Below are positions 49,205 through 63,003 of a stretch of 64,000 bases of DNA, in pieces (position 1 is the first letter of the stretch; the number at the start of each line of letters is the position of its first letter). Under the pieces are notes generated by a model. It was not told the origin of the DNA. It did not search any database and was given only the letters and a program-made list of their open reading frames with translations. The translations under genes and the position numbers were made by a program. Source of the stretch: Mytilus trossulus. Lineage: Eukaryota. The DNA lies in contig NC_086384.1 in NCBI RefSeq assembly GCF_036588685.1, positions 992,001 to 1,056,000 on the forward strand, in the 5' to 3' direction.

Positions 49205-52200
49205 TAAATGTATAAGTAAAAATAATTTTGTATTCTTTTTTTATTTTCAAATATTTTGGCATTAAACATAATTGAAGAGACATTTTCAAATGCGCATCTT
49301 GTGCAGAAAATTCGCTAATAGGTAGCGTTAATATAATAACGTCTCATAGGAAGATAGTTTTAAGCTGTTAACGTTCTAGAAAACTATCAGTTTCCGGGGT
49401 TATAGCCATCAATGAGTCGGTCATTCGTTTCTTGAAAACAATCCAGATAACGTGTTATTAAAAATTTCTACAAATTATTGTGAGTTCATAATATATAACT
49501 TTTATATCATAATGTTTGTATGTTGTCTTTTAAAGACTTGTTTGTTCGTTCATAGTTTTGGTTTTGTTGGTTATGTTTGTAAGGCTTTCTGATTCATCAA
49601 GACACCCGCATATAAATGTCCAGTCTATAGCATGTATGCATTACCCTCGTATCTCCTCTTACATTTAATGAGTTTCCCTCAGTTTTAGTCTGTTACCCCG
49701 ATTTTGTTCTTTCCATCGATTTACGAGTTTTGAAAAGCGGTTTACAACTTTTGCCTTTATATACCGCTCGATTCAAAGCAGTTTCAAAGCAAAATCTGAT
49801 CGCCAAATACGGCTACGGCGATTTATTTCTGGGGATTAGAAAAAAAACTTGGTAATAATATTACACGTATCACAGGCCCAGTAATAAGCAATAAAATTAT
49901 GATAACTGGGTTTGCGGTACACTCGTATGCTTAACGTTCACAAGCAGTACCATAGACCTTGTAAAAGTTTGAGATGTAATATGTGAGCAAGAACTGAAAT
50001 TTACTAAAAAGACAAAACAAGAAATTATGCCTTTTAGGATATCTGTCTGTCTTTCTCTAACAATATACAATAAGTCAAGTGTGTGAATCAATTCTAAATA
50101 TTGAGCACATTAAAGTCAATTTGCTTTTATTTTGAGTGGTTATCTAGACCTTTCATAGAATCATCAACGAGCTGACAATAAAATATTCACTGCTCAAATG
50201 TTGAGAAATACTTCTATATGATGTCAACAGATCAAAAAATCTAAATAATCTTACAAGAAACTTGTAGTAGAAATATTTATAAGCTTTAGATGCAGGAATA
50301 ACCAAACATATATCGTGAAGAGATTATAGACATTTTACAGCTTCTTTTACTATGACTTTGCTCGGTCATTCAAACAGCTTTCAACTTATGATTTTGAAGT
50401 TTTATCAGACACCTGATTGTTTTTAACACATTCTGACAAAGTGTTGAGTCAATCAACTTCTTCACGTTTAGCTTTAAAACTATTTTGATCTTAGCGTCAC
50501 TGATAAGTCTTATTTAGACGAAAAGCGTGTCTGTCTGGCGTATTGAATTATAATCCTGGTACCTTCAGTAACAAGAAGCCAATGCTCTGACGTAGTCCTC
50601 CATGGAATCTATAATAATTTGAAAGTTATGTTTCTAATAGATGTTTGGAGTTCTCTGACAATGAGACATCACCTTTCGGAGAAGATCATATATAATCATG
50701 TTCAGATCCCCAAAAATAACATGATAAGAGGGGCTGTAAATACCAGACGAAGACGAAATGCTAGGTAATAATAATTGTTTCAAATCAAGGTCATGCAAAA
50801 GAGGGGCAAAAAATACCAGAGGGACATTCAAACTCATAGATCGAAATTAAACTGACAACCCCATGGCTTAAAATAAAAATGACAAACAGACAAACATACA
50901 AACATAAAAATCATAGTACACCATACACAACATAAAAAATAAAAGACAAACCAACACGAAACAAACCACTCACGGGGGTGATATGCTTGCGTATAGTTAA
51001 TCATATTGGTCTTCATGATAAACCGACAGGCATTTTAATGCGGGAATGAATTTATCATAAAGATTGTCTTCAAAACTGATGTCCACATTCAACTTTTTTT
51101 TGAAAACAACAAATGAGCAAATCCGGTAAGACCCTTATTTGTCACCAAAATAGAGAAATTTTACAAAATTGTTAAAATGCAAACTTCTAGTTATCTATTG
51201 GAAAGACGAATGGTTCTGCTACATAAATATGTGCTGTTTTAAATTTTTTACAATTTTAGCATTTTAGTTTGATTTTTGACGGCTTTCGTCTTAAATAAAC
51301 TGGCCGCATTTGTGTTCATTCAAAATATTGAAATCTAAGTTGTATTTGATGATAATACATAACATATATAAAGGTTGAGGATGAACACGGATGCGACCAC
51401 TTTCATTTTTGACAAAAACGATCTGAAAATTGACATTTTTTTGCATATTTGATAGATTTTCCATAATTAAGCTTTATAGTGTTTATATAAATTACCATGT
51501 CTAACACAGCTACACTGAAATAGTATTGTTATTAGTTTACACAACACAATGCTTCAATACTGCATTCATGTACAATTTGAAGACCACGTGAACTCTCGAT
51601 CAGTTATTTTTTTATCTTTGGCTTAATCATAAAAATTATCATTCACTGTTAAAAATAATGTTGAACCTATAATGTGTGGAAAAGAAAACACCTTTCTACC
51701 TCATCATCTAAGACTTGTATAATAATTCAAAGGAGTAAATAAACCAAAACAATTTCTAAATTCTCTGAAAAGTCATGCTATCACTAACAATGATCATCAT
51801 CAATTTCACGGTTCAGTGAATCTTTAATAAAATATCAAATCAGTTTAGGTTAAGAAACGTACCGTATTCTTATATAAAATTGAGCTATGTATAATTGTTC
51901 TAATATATTTAATAAATATAACTAACTTAATAGACATACGTCATTAATTATTTTCCCCTAGATATTCAATAACTAATTTATGGATACTTAATTACTGTAG
52001 ATGGAGTAAATTGTTAACAGCAAAAGTGCAATAAAACTTTAATTTTAAAAAAAATGTATGGGTCTTTAATAGTTTTGCTCATTGTTTAAGGACGTAATAT
52101 TACCTCATCTTCCAGATCATGTCTTTAAATAGCTTTATGATGAGGATAATAATACAGATATACGATGTGGTAAAAATGTCAGTGTGACCACTCTCCGCCC

Positions 52201-55200
52201 AAGTCATAACTTGTATAAGTGAACCAATAAAGTTCATAGTCCGGTATTCAACACGAAGCCTTGATTCAAACCGACCAGAAAGCTATAGAGGTCCCCGTAA
52301 ATGACTAGTTTAAAACCATTCAAACAGGAAAACCAACGATCAAATGGATATGAGAAAACAAAAACACTATAGAAACACATTAACAAACGACCACCAATGA
52401 ACATCAGCTTTCTGACTTAGGACAGGTGCAAACAATTGCAACGGATTTATTTTGCTGATGTTTTCGAAAAAATGTTCAATATTGGTATCCAAAACTTGTG
52501 AACTCTATTCAAGGTAAATCATCGACATGTCACCGACTTAATGCGTTCAAATTCGTCTTTTCAAACCTTTTCCAAAGATCCTTCGTTAAAGTTATTTTCC
52601 TATGTCATAATAACTTAATAACATTGCCATTTACGCTTTAAAACCGAATTCATTAAAATGATAAACTGGGTCTACGTTAACAGCTGGTATTGATAGCAAT
52701 TGGACTGACCGTAATGGTTTGAATCATAGCCAGCTATACCAAATCAAAATATTACATAGTCATCGTATGAACTTGAAAATCAATAATATCAGAATATTAT
52801 GCACTTTTGCTTAGTCGTTTATTTGACTGAGTACTTTTCATCAGCTCCTCTAAAACTACTGCACCAATTTTTTCAAAACTTTCTAAATTTTATTTTTTTA
52901 ATTGCTGTAATAATCATTTGGGTATCTTGTTTAACAAATTATTCCAAATGACCCCGCTTGTCAACAGTAATTGACACCATGACAAAAATAAGACAATGGG
53001 GAATAAAGTTTTTTCTATTATCTTATAACCACTATAGAAGGAGAAATCTGACTGGTTCAACGCATCAACCTGATGTCTCTTTACAACTTTGATATGTTTT
53101 ATTGCTTTAAACTTTACATTTTTGGGGAGTTTTTTGACCTATCAAATTAAAATTATAATATATAGATAAAAACTTTAAATTTCAAAAGTCACAAGCAAGA
53201 TAGGATAATATATAAGTCTAATGAGGTAAATCGTCAGTCGACTCTTTTTCAAAAATAATGCGTCAATGAGGCCAATATCATAGTTTTGTACGTCATACAC
53301 AATTTTCGTCTACTCATCAATAAAGTTATATGACGAGTATAACTAATTTTGGCATTATTTCTTGTTATCTTAACAAAATCTCAGGAGAAAATGATACACA
53401 AAGACATAAATAAACACATTTTAAGTGTGTTGGTAAGTTTGTGTGATCAAAACTTATAGATAACATTTTGTATTCCCGACGTTAAAAATTACCTAAAAAC
53501 CCGTACAATTTTAGTACATACTTTAGGTAGTATACCATTATGAAATATCTCCTAAAAAAGATATGCCTGGAAATGAAAACTAGATTTTTACAAGATACTT
53601 GAAAACTCAAGTAAACACTATGGTTTCATTGAGGTACAGAAATACAGTCATGACTTGTATTTGATCTTCTAAGCTTGTCAAAGTGGGGCGTTAGTTTTGC
53701 TGTGCGAGAAATGTCCAACCATGTCCAGTCATAATTGAATATCCGATGCTTCTTGTTGGGAGAGTGAAACGGTCTCAGCAAACCTTCGGGTCAGTATTTG
53801 GCCTTATGAAAGACTAAATGTCTGTCCATGTTAAATATAATCTATATCATATCTTTTAATTGTAAGTCAATACTAAATTTGTTGTACCTATCTTCCATTC
53901 CAGTAGAAAACCGTTCTATACTATCTATTGTTAATAGATTAATCTTGAAGAATAAAGAAATACTTACCACTGAGTCTAAAACATATATCAATCAATAAAT
54001 TTTAAATAAAGTTCAAGAAATATTAAGTACCCTAGATTTTTTCTTATTTTAGTCTGAGTAATCACAATTTCCCTAAAATGTGCAATAGCTCAGAAAAATA
54101 GCTTCTTATTTCCCTAATTGAACAACGATATCATTACTGCGGACTTAAAAAAAACAAATTGAATTGAAATTTGTTTTACGTGTCCTCTTTTTTATAACTT
54201 TATTTCACGAGAAACATTACTCTCGAAAGCCTTTTTTATCAGGATCTTTACAAAAGAAGATTAAGTTTCTAATACAATACTAACTAAGTCTGAATATGAA
54301 TAGAATCATATATTTGAGACAGGGAAAAGAAATACACATTAAATTTATAAATGAGTTATCTGTCTTTGTACTTGTTATCTCTTTCTTTTATATTTTTCTC
54401 TATATTTGACTGCCTTTCTTTTGGTGACGATCTGATAAAGTAAATTATAAAATGAAGATGTATTATCTTACTACCACGTGACAAGTGCCATTTTGATGGC
54501 CGTAAAGCTACATACAGATCTGTAGTCACTTCAGTCTTTAGCTAGAGAATGGTATAGCCATCAAAGCCTATGATTGTTCTTACTAATTCCACTGTTTAGA
54601 GCAATTATATTTGATCAACAACTCAATGATAAACTTCGAACTTTATTTAAACTTTTTACTGATTGAAGCGTCACTGATGATGATTCTATAGACGAAACGC
54701 GTACCAAATTTATCAGGATGCGTTGATGTATATTGTAAACCAAATAATTTCCAATCTGTCTGACTTTGAGACTCATCAGTTACTTGGAGATAGACATTCA
54801 AGAACCACATGTCCTACAAACTATACTCAGAAATGTTTGTTTTACAAGCTGTTCCTAATGAACACGGAAAGGGTAAATGTATCATTTTACCATTAAGTAG
54901 GGCTCCGTGTAAAAATCATGCAGCCATCAATGATATGGTGATACATGGTCAGAACAAATGTATGATGTTGCATGCTTAAAATGAAATATTGATTGCTAGC
55001 AACTTATACCCAGGTTTTTTCTTCTAGAATGGTGTATTTGAAAAAATATTAGGCTTTGTATTTTATCTATAATCATAGTGATATCCTTTAGAAATGTGCC
55101 ATAATTCATCACCCAATAAACAACAAACCCATTTTATTACATAAAAGATTTTAGTTTTATAAAAACAATAATTGTAAACAGAATTTAAAAGATGCGTCAA

Positions 55201-57500
55201 AATTTTGTGCAAATCCTTTGTTTCTGAAAAATTCATTAAAAACGTTTTCAAATGTTCCCTCCAAAACTATCAAAATTATCTCCCTTTGTCATAGGGGGCG
55301 CTCTACTGTTGTTGTTGTTGGTATAGTAACAAGATGGATGTCCCCATGGATGAGTTGGGGAAGTGTTCCCTCCACAGTTATTTTGAGGGGGACTGTAGCC
55401 TTTCCAGCAAATTTCCAAATGAAATTTGTTTGAAACTTATTGTGAATTGTAATAAGAGCATTGTTGGACATTTGAGAGCATGTAACATGGGTGAAAAGTC
55501 GGTAAAATCAGAAGGGGAGTTGCTTTGTTTACGTGCTGGGATATGGAAATGGAGACCTGAAACTGACCATGGGATTTCAGTATGCCCTGCTCACAGATAC
55601 CAGTATGGAATTGGATGGAGACCAAAAGTAAGGTGTGGCTTTTTTAGACACCCGACAACCTCCAACAGCAAAGCACAACGTGGAATGCCTGCACCGATGT
55701 GTGAAGCTGTTCAATTAAGCTGGGGAACTTTATGTATCATTACATTTTTAATTTGAAAAATAAGCAGAATATTTTGTTCCAATGCATTGTTTTAGTAACT
55801 GACATTTTCTGTAAAAAAATTATTCATTTTTGTTTGCTAAGACAGTAACACAAGTTTTTTGTACTTTTAAAAGAAATATATTTGTAACCTTCCAAAATTC
55901 TGTAAGCCCCTGACTACACAAAGATAACTACTATTATTTTTTTGCCATATTTTCTATTAGCTTCTTGTTTTATTGTCTATTTATGTTTACACATATTATT
56001 TCAGAATTCACAGTACTCTCAGACCACAAACTCCCAGACTTCTAATTGGAGTGACTGTAGTGAGCTTGCACTGGAGAAAGTAAACATGGTAATGGAATCA
56101 ATCAATGTGAGCCCCTTACGTTCCACACTACAAAAAGAAATTACAGATTTAAAAGATTCAACAATCAGATATTACAAGCGGAAAGCACATGAATCTATTG
56201 ATTCATTGTTGGATTTTATGGCTCCAAAACAAGGACATTTACTTAAAGATGAAGTTTTAACTAAAAACAGGGACACATCTTTACCAACAGAGAGTGCTAT
56301 GATAGAAGATCTTTCAAAACTCTACATGGAAACAGTGGACAACTCCTTAAAAATGCAAATTCTATCTGTAATCACCAATAGACTTACCAAGGCAGAACTT
56401 CAAACAGCAATACCAGGTATAACCATTTATCGTATAGACCAGGCACGACTTCATTTCAATACCTCTACAAATTTGGGTCTTCAAGTCAAAAATAAAATAA
56501 AAGTACCACATCAAAGAATGGATGACAGCAAGCTTGAACATGCCATAAGTTGTTTTTTTGACACTTCATTTATGCAGCTAGTATCCTATGGTACAAGAGA
56601 TTTAAAAATGGATTCAGGGGAAAATATAACTATACCAGATGTAATCAGAACAACAAATCACTCCAAAATTATAGACCTGTACTTTTCATACTGCACAGAA
56701 TCAAATTTTGAACCACTATCTAAATCAACTTTATTTAAAATTCTAAATACTTGTGCTGCTACTAAACGCACCAATTTACACGGATTAGACAATATTGCAG
56801 ATGAGGGAATTGAAGGTTTTGAATCACTTAAAGAAATTACAAAACACATTTATGAAAGATCCATTCTATCAACTGAAGAACACGAACAGATACAAAAAAA
56901 TATCACATCAGCAAAACTTTACTTCAAAACCGATTATAAACTTCATCTGGAAAAAGACTGCCTGTGTGCTGACCATTGTCTTCAATGGCTTTTGAGTGAC
57001 CCTGAAAACTGTCAATTTCAAAGTCCCTGTGAGCACATTCATACATTAGTGTGTGATAGGTGTGAAATGTTACATGGCATAGAGGATGATGTGTTCAAAT
57101 GTATTGGTAAGATGGGAGATGATGACTTCAAAGAGGATACCACCAAAAACTTCCAGGATGCATTACAGAAAATCAACGACTGGAAAGCACATATTGCTAG
57201 AAATGTGAATCAAGACCTTTTTAGAACTCAAAAGCTAGATAATTTAAAGCGATTTGAGGGAGTTTTAGTGATGGACTGGGCAATGAAGTTTCTACCAATG
57301 AGATACAGAGAGAAACAAACAGATTGGTTTGGCCAAAGGGGAAAACATTGGCATGTCAGCGTCTGCATTTATAGATGAAAGTGGTGAAATTGGGGTAACT
57401 AATTTTAATGTAACAATGTAACACATAATTCAAACAACAAAACTAATGGCCTTATTTATATAAAAAATGTACGAAAAACAAATATGTAACTCATTAAGAA

Positions 57501-58376
57501 AAACTAGTAAGGGTTCCGCGGAACCCAGTGTCTCGCCTACTTTTGCTGTAAATCGCAGGCTCAACAAAAATGAGGGAAAAAATCAATAAAAATATTCCTC
57601 TTGATACTATCTTATGATTGTAAGAAGCTTCTGTCCAAGTTTGGTAAAAATCTAGAATAATTAATGAATCTAATAAATGTTTTGAAAACTTTAACTGCAG
57701 ACTGTATGTTAACTGTTAACTGGAAGAAGATCTAAGTCCATTTATAAGTAAAATACAGAAAAATGGAGTTATCTTTTTACAAAATTTACTTCTAGATACT
57801 ATCTTATGATCATAAATAAGCTTCTGTCCAAGTTTGGTACAAACCCAGGATAGTTTTAGAAAGTTATTAAAATTTTAAAAACTTTAACCACAGAGTGAAT
57901 GTAATGATTCCCTGCAGAAAAACTAAGTTCATTTAAACTTCAAATACAGAAAAAATGGATTTATTTTTTTACAAAATTTACTTCTGGATACTATCTTATG
58001 ATCATAAACAAGCTTCTATCCAGGTTTTGTACAAACCCAGGATAGTTTAAGAAAGTTATTAAAATTCTAAAAACTTTAACCACAGAGTGAATGTTATCTT
58101 TCCCCGCAGAAAAAACTAAGTCCATTAATAAGTAAAATACGGAAAAAATGGAATTTTATTTTTACAAAATTTACTTCTGGATACTATCTTATGATCATAA
58201 ACAAGCTTCTGTCCAAGTTTGGAAGAAATCCAGTATAGTTTAAGAAAGTTATTAAAATTTCAAAAACTTTAACCACAGAGTGAATATTTGTGGACGCCGC
58301 CGACGACGACGCCGACGACGGAATGTAGGATCGCTTAGTCTCGCTTTTTCGACTTAAGTCGAAGGCTCGACAAAAA
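57501..58376. mobile_element. Nested Helentron-associated non-autonomous element in a transposase intron
   Basis: aaactag plus palindrome gggttccgcggaaccc (57511-57526); about 3.7 copies of a 192-bp unit; (gac/gcc)n microsatellite; palindrome ttcgacttaagtcgaa (58348-58363); A-rich ends; orientation opposite to the 19.1-kb element. Confidence 0.82.
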
Positions 58377-59051
58377 TGTATTCTTTAAAAGAAAATACTG
58401 TAGGATTAAACGCCTTTAGGAATTTATTGCTGTATAAACTGGACCAATTCACTCACAAACTTATAAAAGTCCGATGTGAAGCTTGATTTTAAGGTTACAA
58501 ACACTGTAATTGTATGTTAACAAATATTGGATACCAATAAAATGTAACAATTATTTAAAGTCTTCAATAAAGTGTTTAAAGACAATGGACAATATAACAA
58601 CTCATTTGTTACAGTATTTTTAGGGACAAAAAAGTTTTGAATAGTAAGAAAGATAAATACATTATTATGATAATTTATTTCAGCATAGGACATTTACTCA
58701 TGTTCTTGAGAATGTTAAACAAGATTGGTTTGCAGTGGCATCACTGTTGGAACATGTGCTGCAAACAGTTAAAATCCAACTACCTCAGGTGACAGATATG
58801 TTTCTTCGTTCTGATAATGCGGGCTGTTACCATTGTGGACATTTGTGGATTGCTATTCCTCAAATTAGCAATAGAACAGGTAAGAGATATAATTTGATAT
58901 TTGACCTACTTATACAGAGCTTAACTGAATGTAAAGTGGAATTTTATTTTTATACTGCAATTATCATTTTAGTCCTACAAGTTCTATATGGAAAGAACAG
59001 TGCAACTTAGAAAGATCTATTAATATGATAAAAAAACAAAAAAAGTCAGGC

Positions 59052-59263
59052 TACTGTGGATTCCTTATTATTCGTTGAATACCAATTTTCGTGGATTGCG
59101 TGGGAACAGACGAACCACGAAACTAAATGTTCAACAAATACCAAATTTTCTATAGGCTTGTATGCAGATTTCCACAAAACCACGAAATTAAATATCCACG
59201 AACATATAAGTTTTCATCAATCCACGAAAATTGGTATCCACGAAAATAGATGAATCCACATTA
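59052..59263. mobile_element. Small MITE (Tc1/mariner-like, probable TA target) in a transposase intron
   Basis: Imperfect ~45-bp TIRs tgtggattc...ataccaattttcgtggatt and aatccacgaaaattggtat...gaatccaca. Confidence 0.75.
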
Positions 59264-61317
59264 TTATGTAAAGTTGCACTATATCACAGTACAAATTTAA
59301 AACAATATTCTGATATGCTGCAATCATATGTTTTATATAAAAAAACATTTGGCAGAGGACTTATTCAAAAGATCATAAAATTAAATGAACAAGAAAAAAA
59401 GACACAAAAATATTTAGGAATACAAACAGGAACTTCAACCAACCTACATGTAGTTCAAAGCTTTTAAAATAAAGAAAATACTTCAAAATATAAGCTATAT
59501 ATTTATAAGTAGACTCTCAAATCTTTGTTCATGTTTATTTTGTGATTTTTTGCAGGTATTCAAATAAAGCAATATTCATATTCAGAGGCTCAGGCCGGAA
59601 AGTCCTACTGTGACTTAAAAATTGCTCATATGAGAACCAAGATGAGATCCTTTGTGGCAACCGGAAATAATATTTTGAATGCAGACGACATGAAAACTGC
59701 AATTGATTATGGAAAAGGTACATTGTAAATTTATTCTTTAAACATAAGAAGATGTGGTATGATAACCATTGATTGAGACATATTTCTATCCAAGACTTAA
59801 ATTAGTAAATTTAAGCAATTATAGGTCACAGTGTAGCTTCAAAGTGAGGCCTTGATTCAATAGCAGAGTAAAACTATACAAAAAAAACAATTATAAAATA
59901 CAGCACAAGAGACAATCAATTAATTGACAGTTGACTTCTTTAAAAGATTAATAGGTGTACAGAATACAATTTTAATTTACCAGCTCTATAAACAAAATCA
60001 CCTTTAACTATGTGTTACATAAAGGTCAAAGGTCAAGACATAATCATTGCATCTGCTAAGTTTTATATAATAAGTTCAATTCCCTTTCTTACAGGTGTAG
60101 CTGGATGTCAAGTGGCCCATGTTATTGTTGAAACATCAAAACATATTCTCAAGACTCATACTTTAAAAAATATAACACATTACAACGATTTTCAGTACAC
60201 AGAATCTGGTGTTGTATTCAGAAAAGCTTATGGTATTGGGGATGGATTGTCAATGACTTATAGTGAGTTAACTGAATTATCAGGCCATTGTCAAAATGAA
60301 ACTGGATGTACTCTTGTAACAGATTTTGTTCTGCCATCAAAGGTCAAAGGAAAGATCAAGTTAACAAAAGCTGAAAGTAATGCTGTAGAAAATGAAATGA
60401 GTACTGAGACCACAACAATAAGACCAGTCAGTTCATCTGCTTTGCAGACACCACTCTCCTTTCATTGCCCAGAACCAGGTTGTATTAAGCATTATGCTTC
60501 TTACAGAACTCTAGAAAATCATGTTTTATTAGGTAAACATGATTTAAGATTAGAAAGAGAATCGGTATATGATATCATTCGCAAGCAATGGGCAGAACTC
60601 TGCAACAATGTTATTGTTACAAGGAAGAAAAATGTTGCCAGCCAATGTACAGATAATCCACAAGCTGTAGAAACCCTTCCTATGGGTTGGGCATTAAAAA
60701 GGGCCAGAAAGGTGAATAGATTTCCTACCAAGATTAAAAACTTCCTTATTAAGAAATTCAATGAAGGAGAGAAAAGTAAAAACAAATGCAGTCCAGATGA
60801 TGTCGCATTAGAAATGAAATCAATGAGGGATACTGAGGGCAGACGTGTATTTCAGTTAAACGAATGTTTAAATAGTACTCAAATTACATCTTTCTTCTCA
60901 CGATTGGTATCAGCTAATGCAAGTAACAACAAGAAAATAGTACCTGAAGATGATGACTTGGTAGCTGCTGCTGTTGCAATAAATCAATCTGAATTAATTG
61001 AATCAGTTAACTCTGCAAAAACAACAAATGACTGTTAAGAAATAGTGCATATATTCACTTAAAAGCTTGTTAATTTAGAAATGTTTGAAAAATACAAAAT
61101 TCAATTTTATCCATTTTTAAATGTAGTTATAAGTTTTATGATTTTAATTGTATAATTTTGATAGAATTTTATCTTTAATAATTTGAAAATTTAAAGATAG
61201 TCAGACTGAAACAGATAACCTACTTGCATTGTCAACTAATCATTTTGAATTATGTAAACTTTCAATAAAAATCATTTCCTCTCTGAAATAGTTCAAGAAC
61301 AATTTTAATTCTTGATA

Positions 61318-62580
61318 TTGGTTAAGATTTGGAAAAAGCAAAACATGGATTATCTCCCTTTCATTCCATGAGTTAACTGATTTTTAGTAAACTTGCACAG
61401 TTTTTTGTTCCCTTTTGAATGAATTAGGTAAAAACTGTAATTAGCATAAAAGTATTATAGTTTTACATGAAGAGGTTTGTTTTTTCTCCCTTTTATTTCA
61501 TGAATTTTACTCATTTGGTTATGAATTTTGTGCAAGACTTTGATGGTTTTTTTTCATTGATATTCAGTTTAAACTCGTGATTTCGGTCAAAATTTGAAAA
61601 AGTAACAAAGTGGATTACCACCCATTTATGTAATGGATTTAATGATTTGTTGTAAAATTGCAAACATTACGGTTTCTTTTTGAAAGATTTCCAGTTAAAA
61701 AAAACTTTAATCTGTATAAAAGTATTAGTTAACATGGAGAGTTTTGTTGGCATTTTAGTCCTTCGTTTTGGTCAAAATTGAAAAAAGCAACACAATGGAT
61801 TACCTCCCTTTTATTCAATGAATTTACTAATTTTTTAGTAAACTTGCACACATATTTGTTTCTTTTTGAATGATTTTCAATTAAAAAACTTTAATAAGCA
61901 TTAAAGTATTATAGTTTAGGATGAAGAGTTTTGTTAGAACTTTATAGTCCTTTATATTGGTCAAAATTGAAATAAGGCAACAAAATGGATTACCTCCCTT
62001 TTTTGTCATGCAATTACTGATTTTTAGTAAACTTGCACACATAATTGATTCTTTTTGAATGATTTTCAACTAAAAAACTTTAATAAGCATTAAAGTATTA
62101 TAGTTTAGCATCAAGAGTTTTGTTAGAACTTTTGTCCTTAATATTGGTCAAAATTGAAAAAAGCAACAAAATGGATTACCTCCCTTTTTTGTCATTAAAT
62201 TACTGATTTTTAGTAAACTTGCACACTTTTTTTTTCCTTTAGAAGATATTTATTTTAAAAAACTTAAATTTGCTAAAAAGTGATACAGTTTTACTTGAAG
62301 AGTTATGTTGAATTGTTATCATTACAAATGGTCAAAATAAGGAAAAACTGAAAAATGGATTACCTCCCTTTTGTAGCCATTCATTTATTTGAATTTTGTA
62401 AATTTGCACCATTTTTTTTTAATTTCTGGTTTAACTCCAATAAGTATTCTTTTATTTGTATATACATAATATGATGTTACTTGTTGGGTTTTGTGAAAAA
62501 ATTTAACTTCAAAATTGGTCAAAAACAAGAAAATTCCAATATAAAGAAAATGGTGTTGTACCCCTTTTTGGTACAGAGGT
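61318..62580. repeat. Subterminal ~185-190-bp tandem repeats within the DNA transposon
   Basis: ggtcaaaattgaaaaaagcaacaaaatggattacctccct-like motif recurs about 7 times. Confidence 0.8.
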
Positions 62581-63003
62581 AACAAAGAAAAACAATTTGA
62601 AATATCTCTTTATTTTTTGTTATTGTGTTTAGATAATATCTGAAAATAAATAATATATCACTGCAATTTGTCTGCTTTTTTATTTATTGTTTGTAAATGA
62701 ATGTTTAATATACTGTAATTTGTGTATATTTGTCTAAACCAGAACCAACAATCTGACAGTTGGTTGCCATGGCAACCAAAGTGTCCTAGCAACAAAAATG
62801 AATATTTTTACATCAATCTTGATTGAAGGCAAGATAACATACCAAATTTGGTGATAATCTGTTGACCCCATGTATTACTCATTGCATGATTTTTACACGG
62901 AGCCCTACTTAAATGACACTAGAAGCATGATACACCTTTAGACAGGTACATATGTATATAAGGAATCTTTTTCTAGTTATGTCTACAGTCGACAAGTGCA
63001 ATA

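Larger units (their letters stand above)
55334..61038 (+). pseudogene. Multi-exon DDD-type transposase (exons about 55334-55733, 56005-57394, 58684-58879, 59556-59717, 60095-61038), disrupted
   Basis: Motifs DWAMKFLP...DWFGQRG.HWH, RSDNAGCYH, SEAQAGKSYCD; Cys/His clusters; C2H2-like CPEPGC...H....H; frameshift at about 57373 and a phase mismatch after exon 1. Confidence 0.8.
54897..62908 (+). mobile_element. Cut-and-paste DNA transposon, Sola3-like, 8012 bp, TTAA target-site duplication
   Basis: Perfect 26-bp TIRs gtagggctccgtgtaaaaatcatgca (54897-54922 and 62883-62908); TTAA at 54893-54896 and 62909-62912; internal spliced transposase. The Sola3 label rests on recalled motifs and needs an HMM check. 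Confidence 0.85.
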
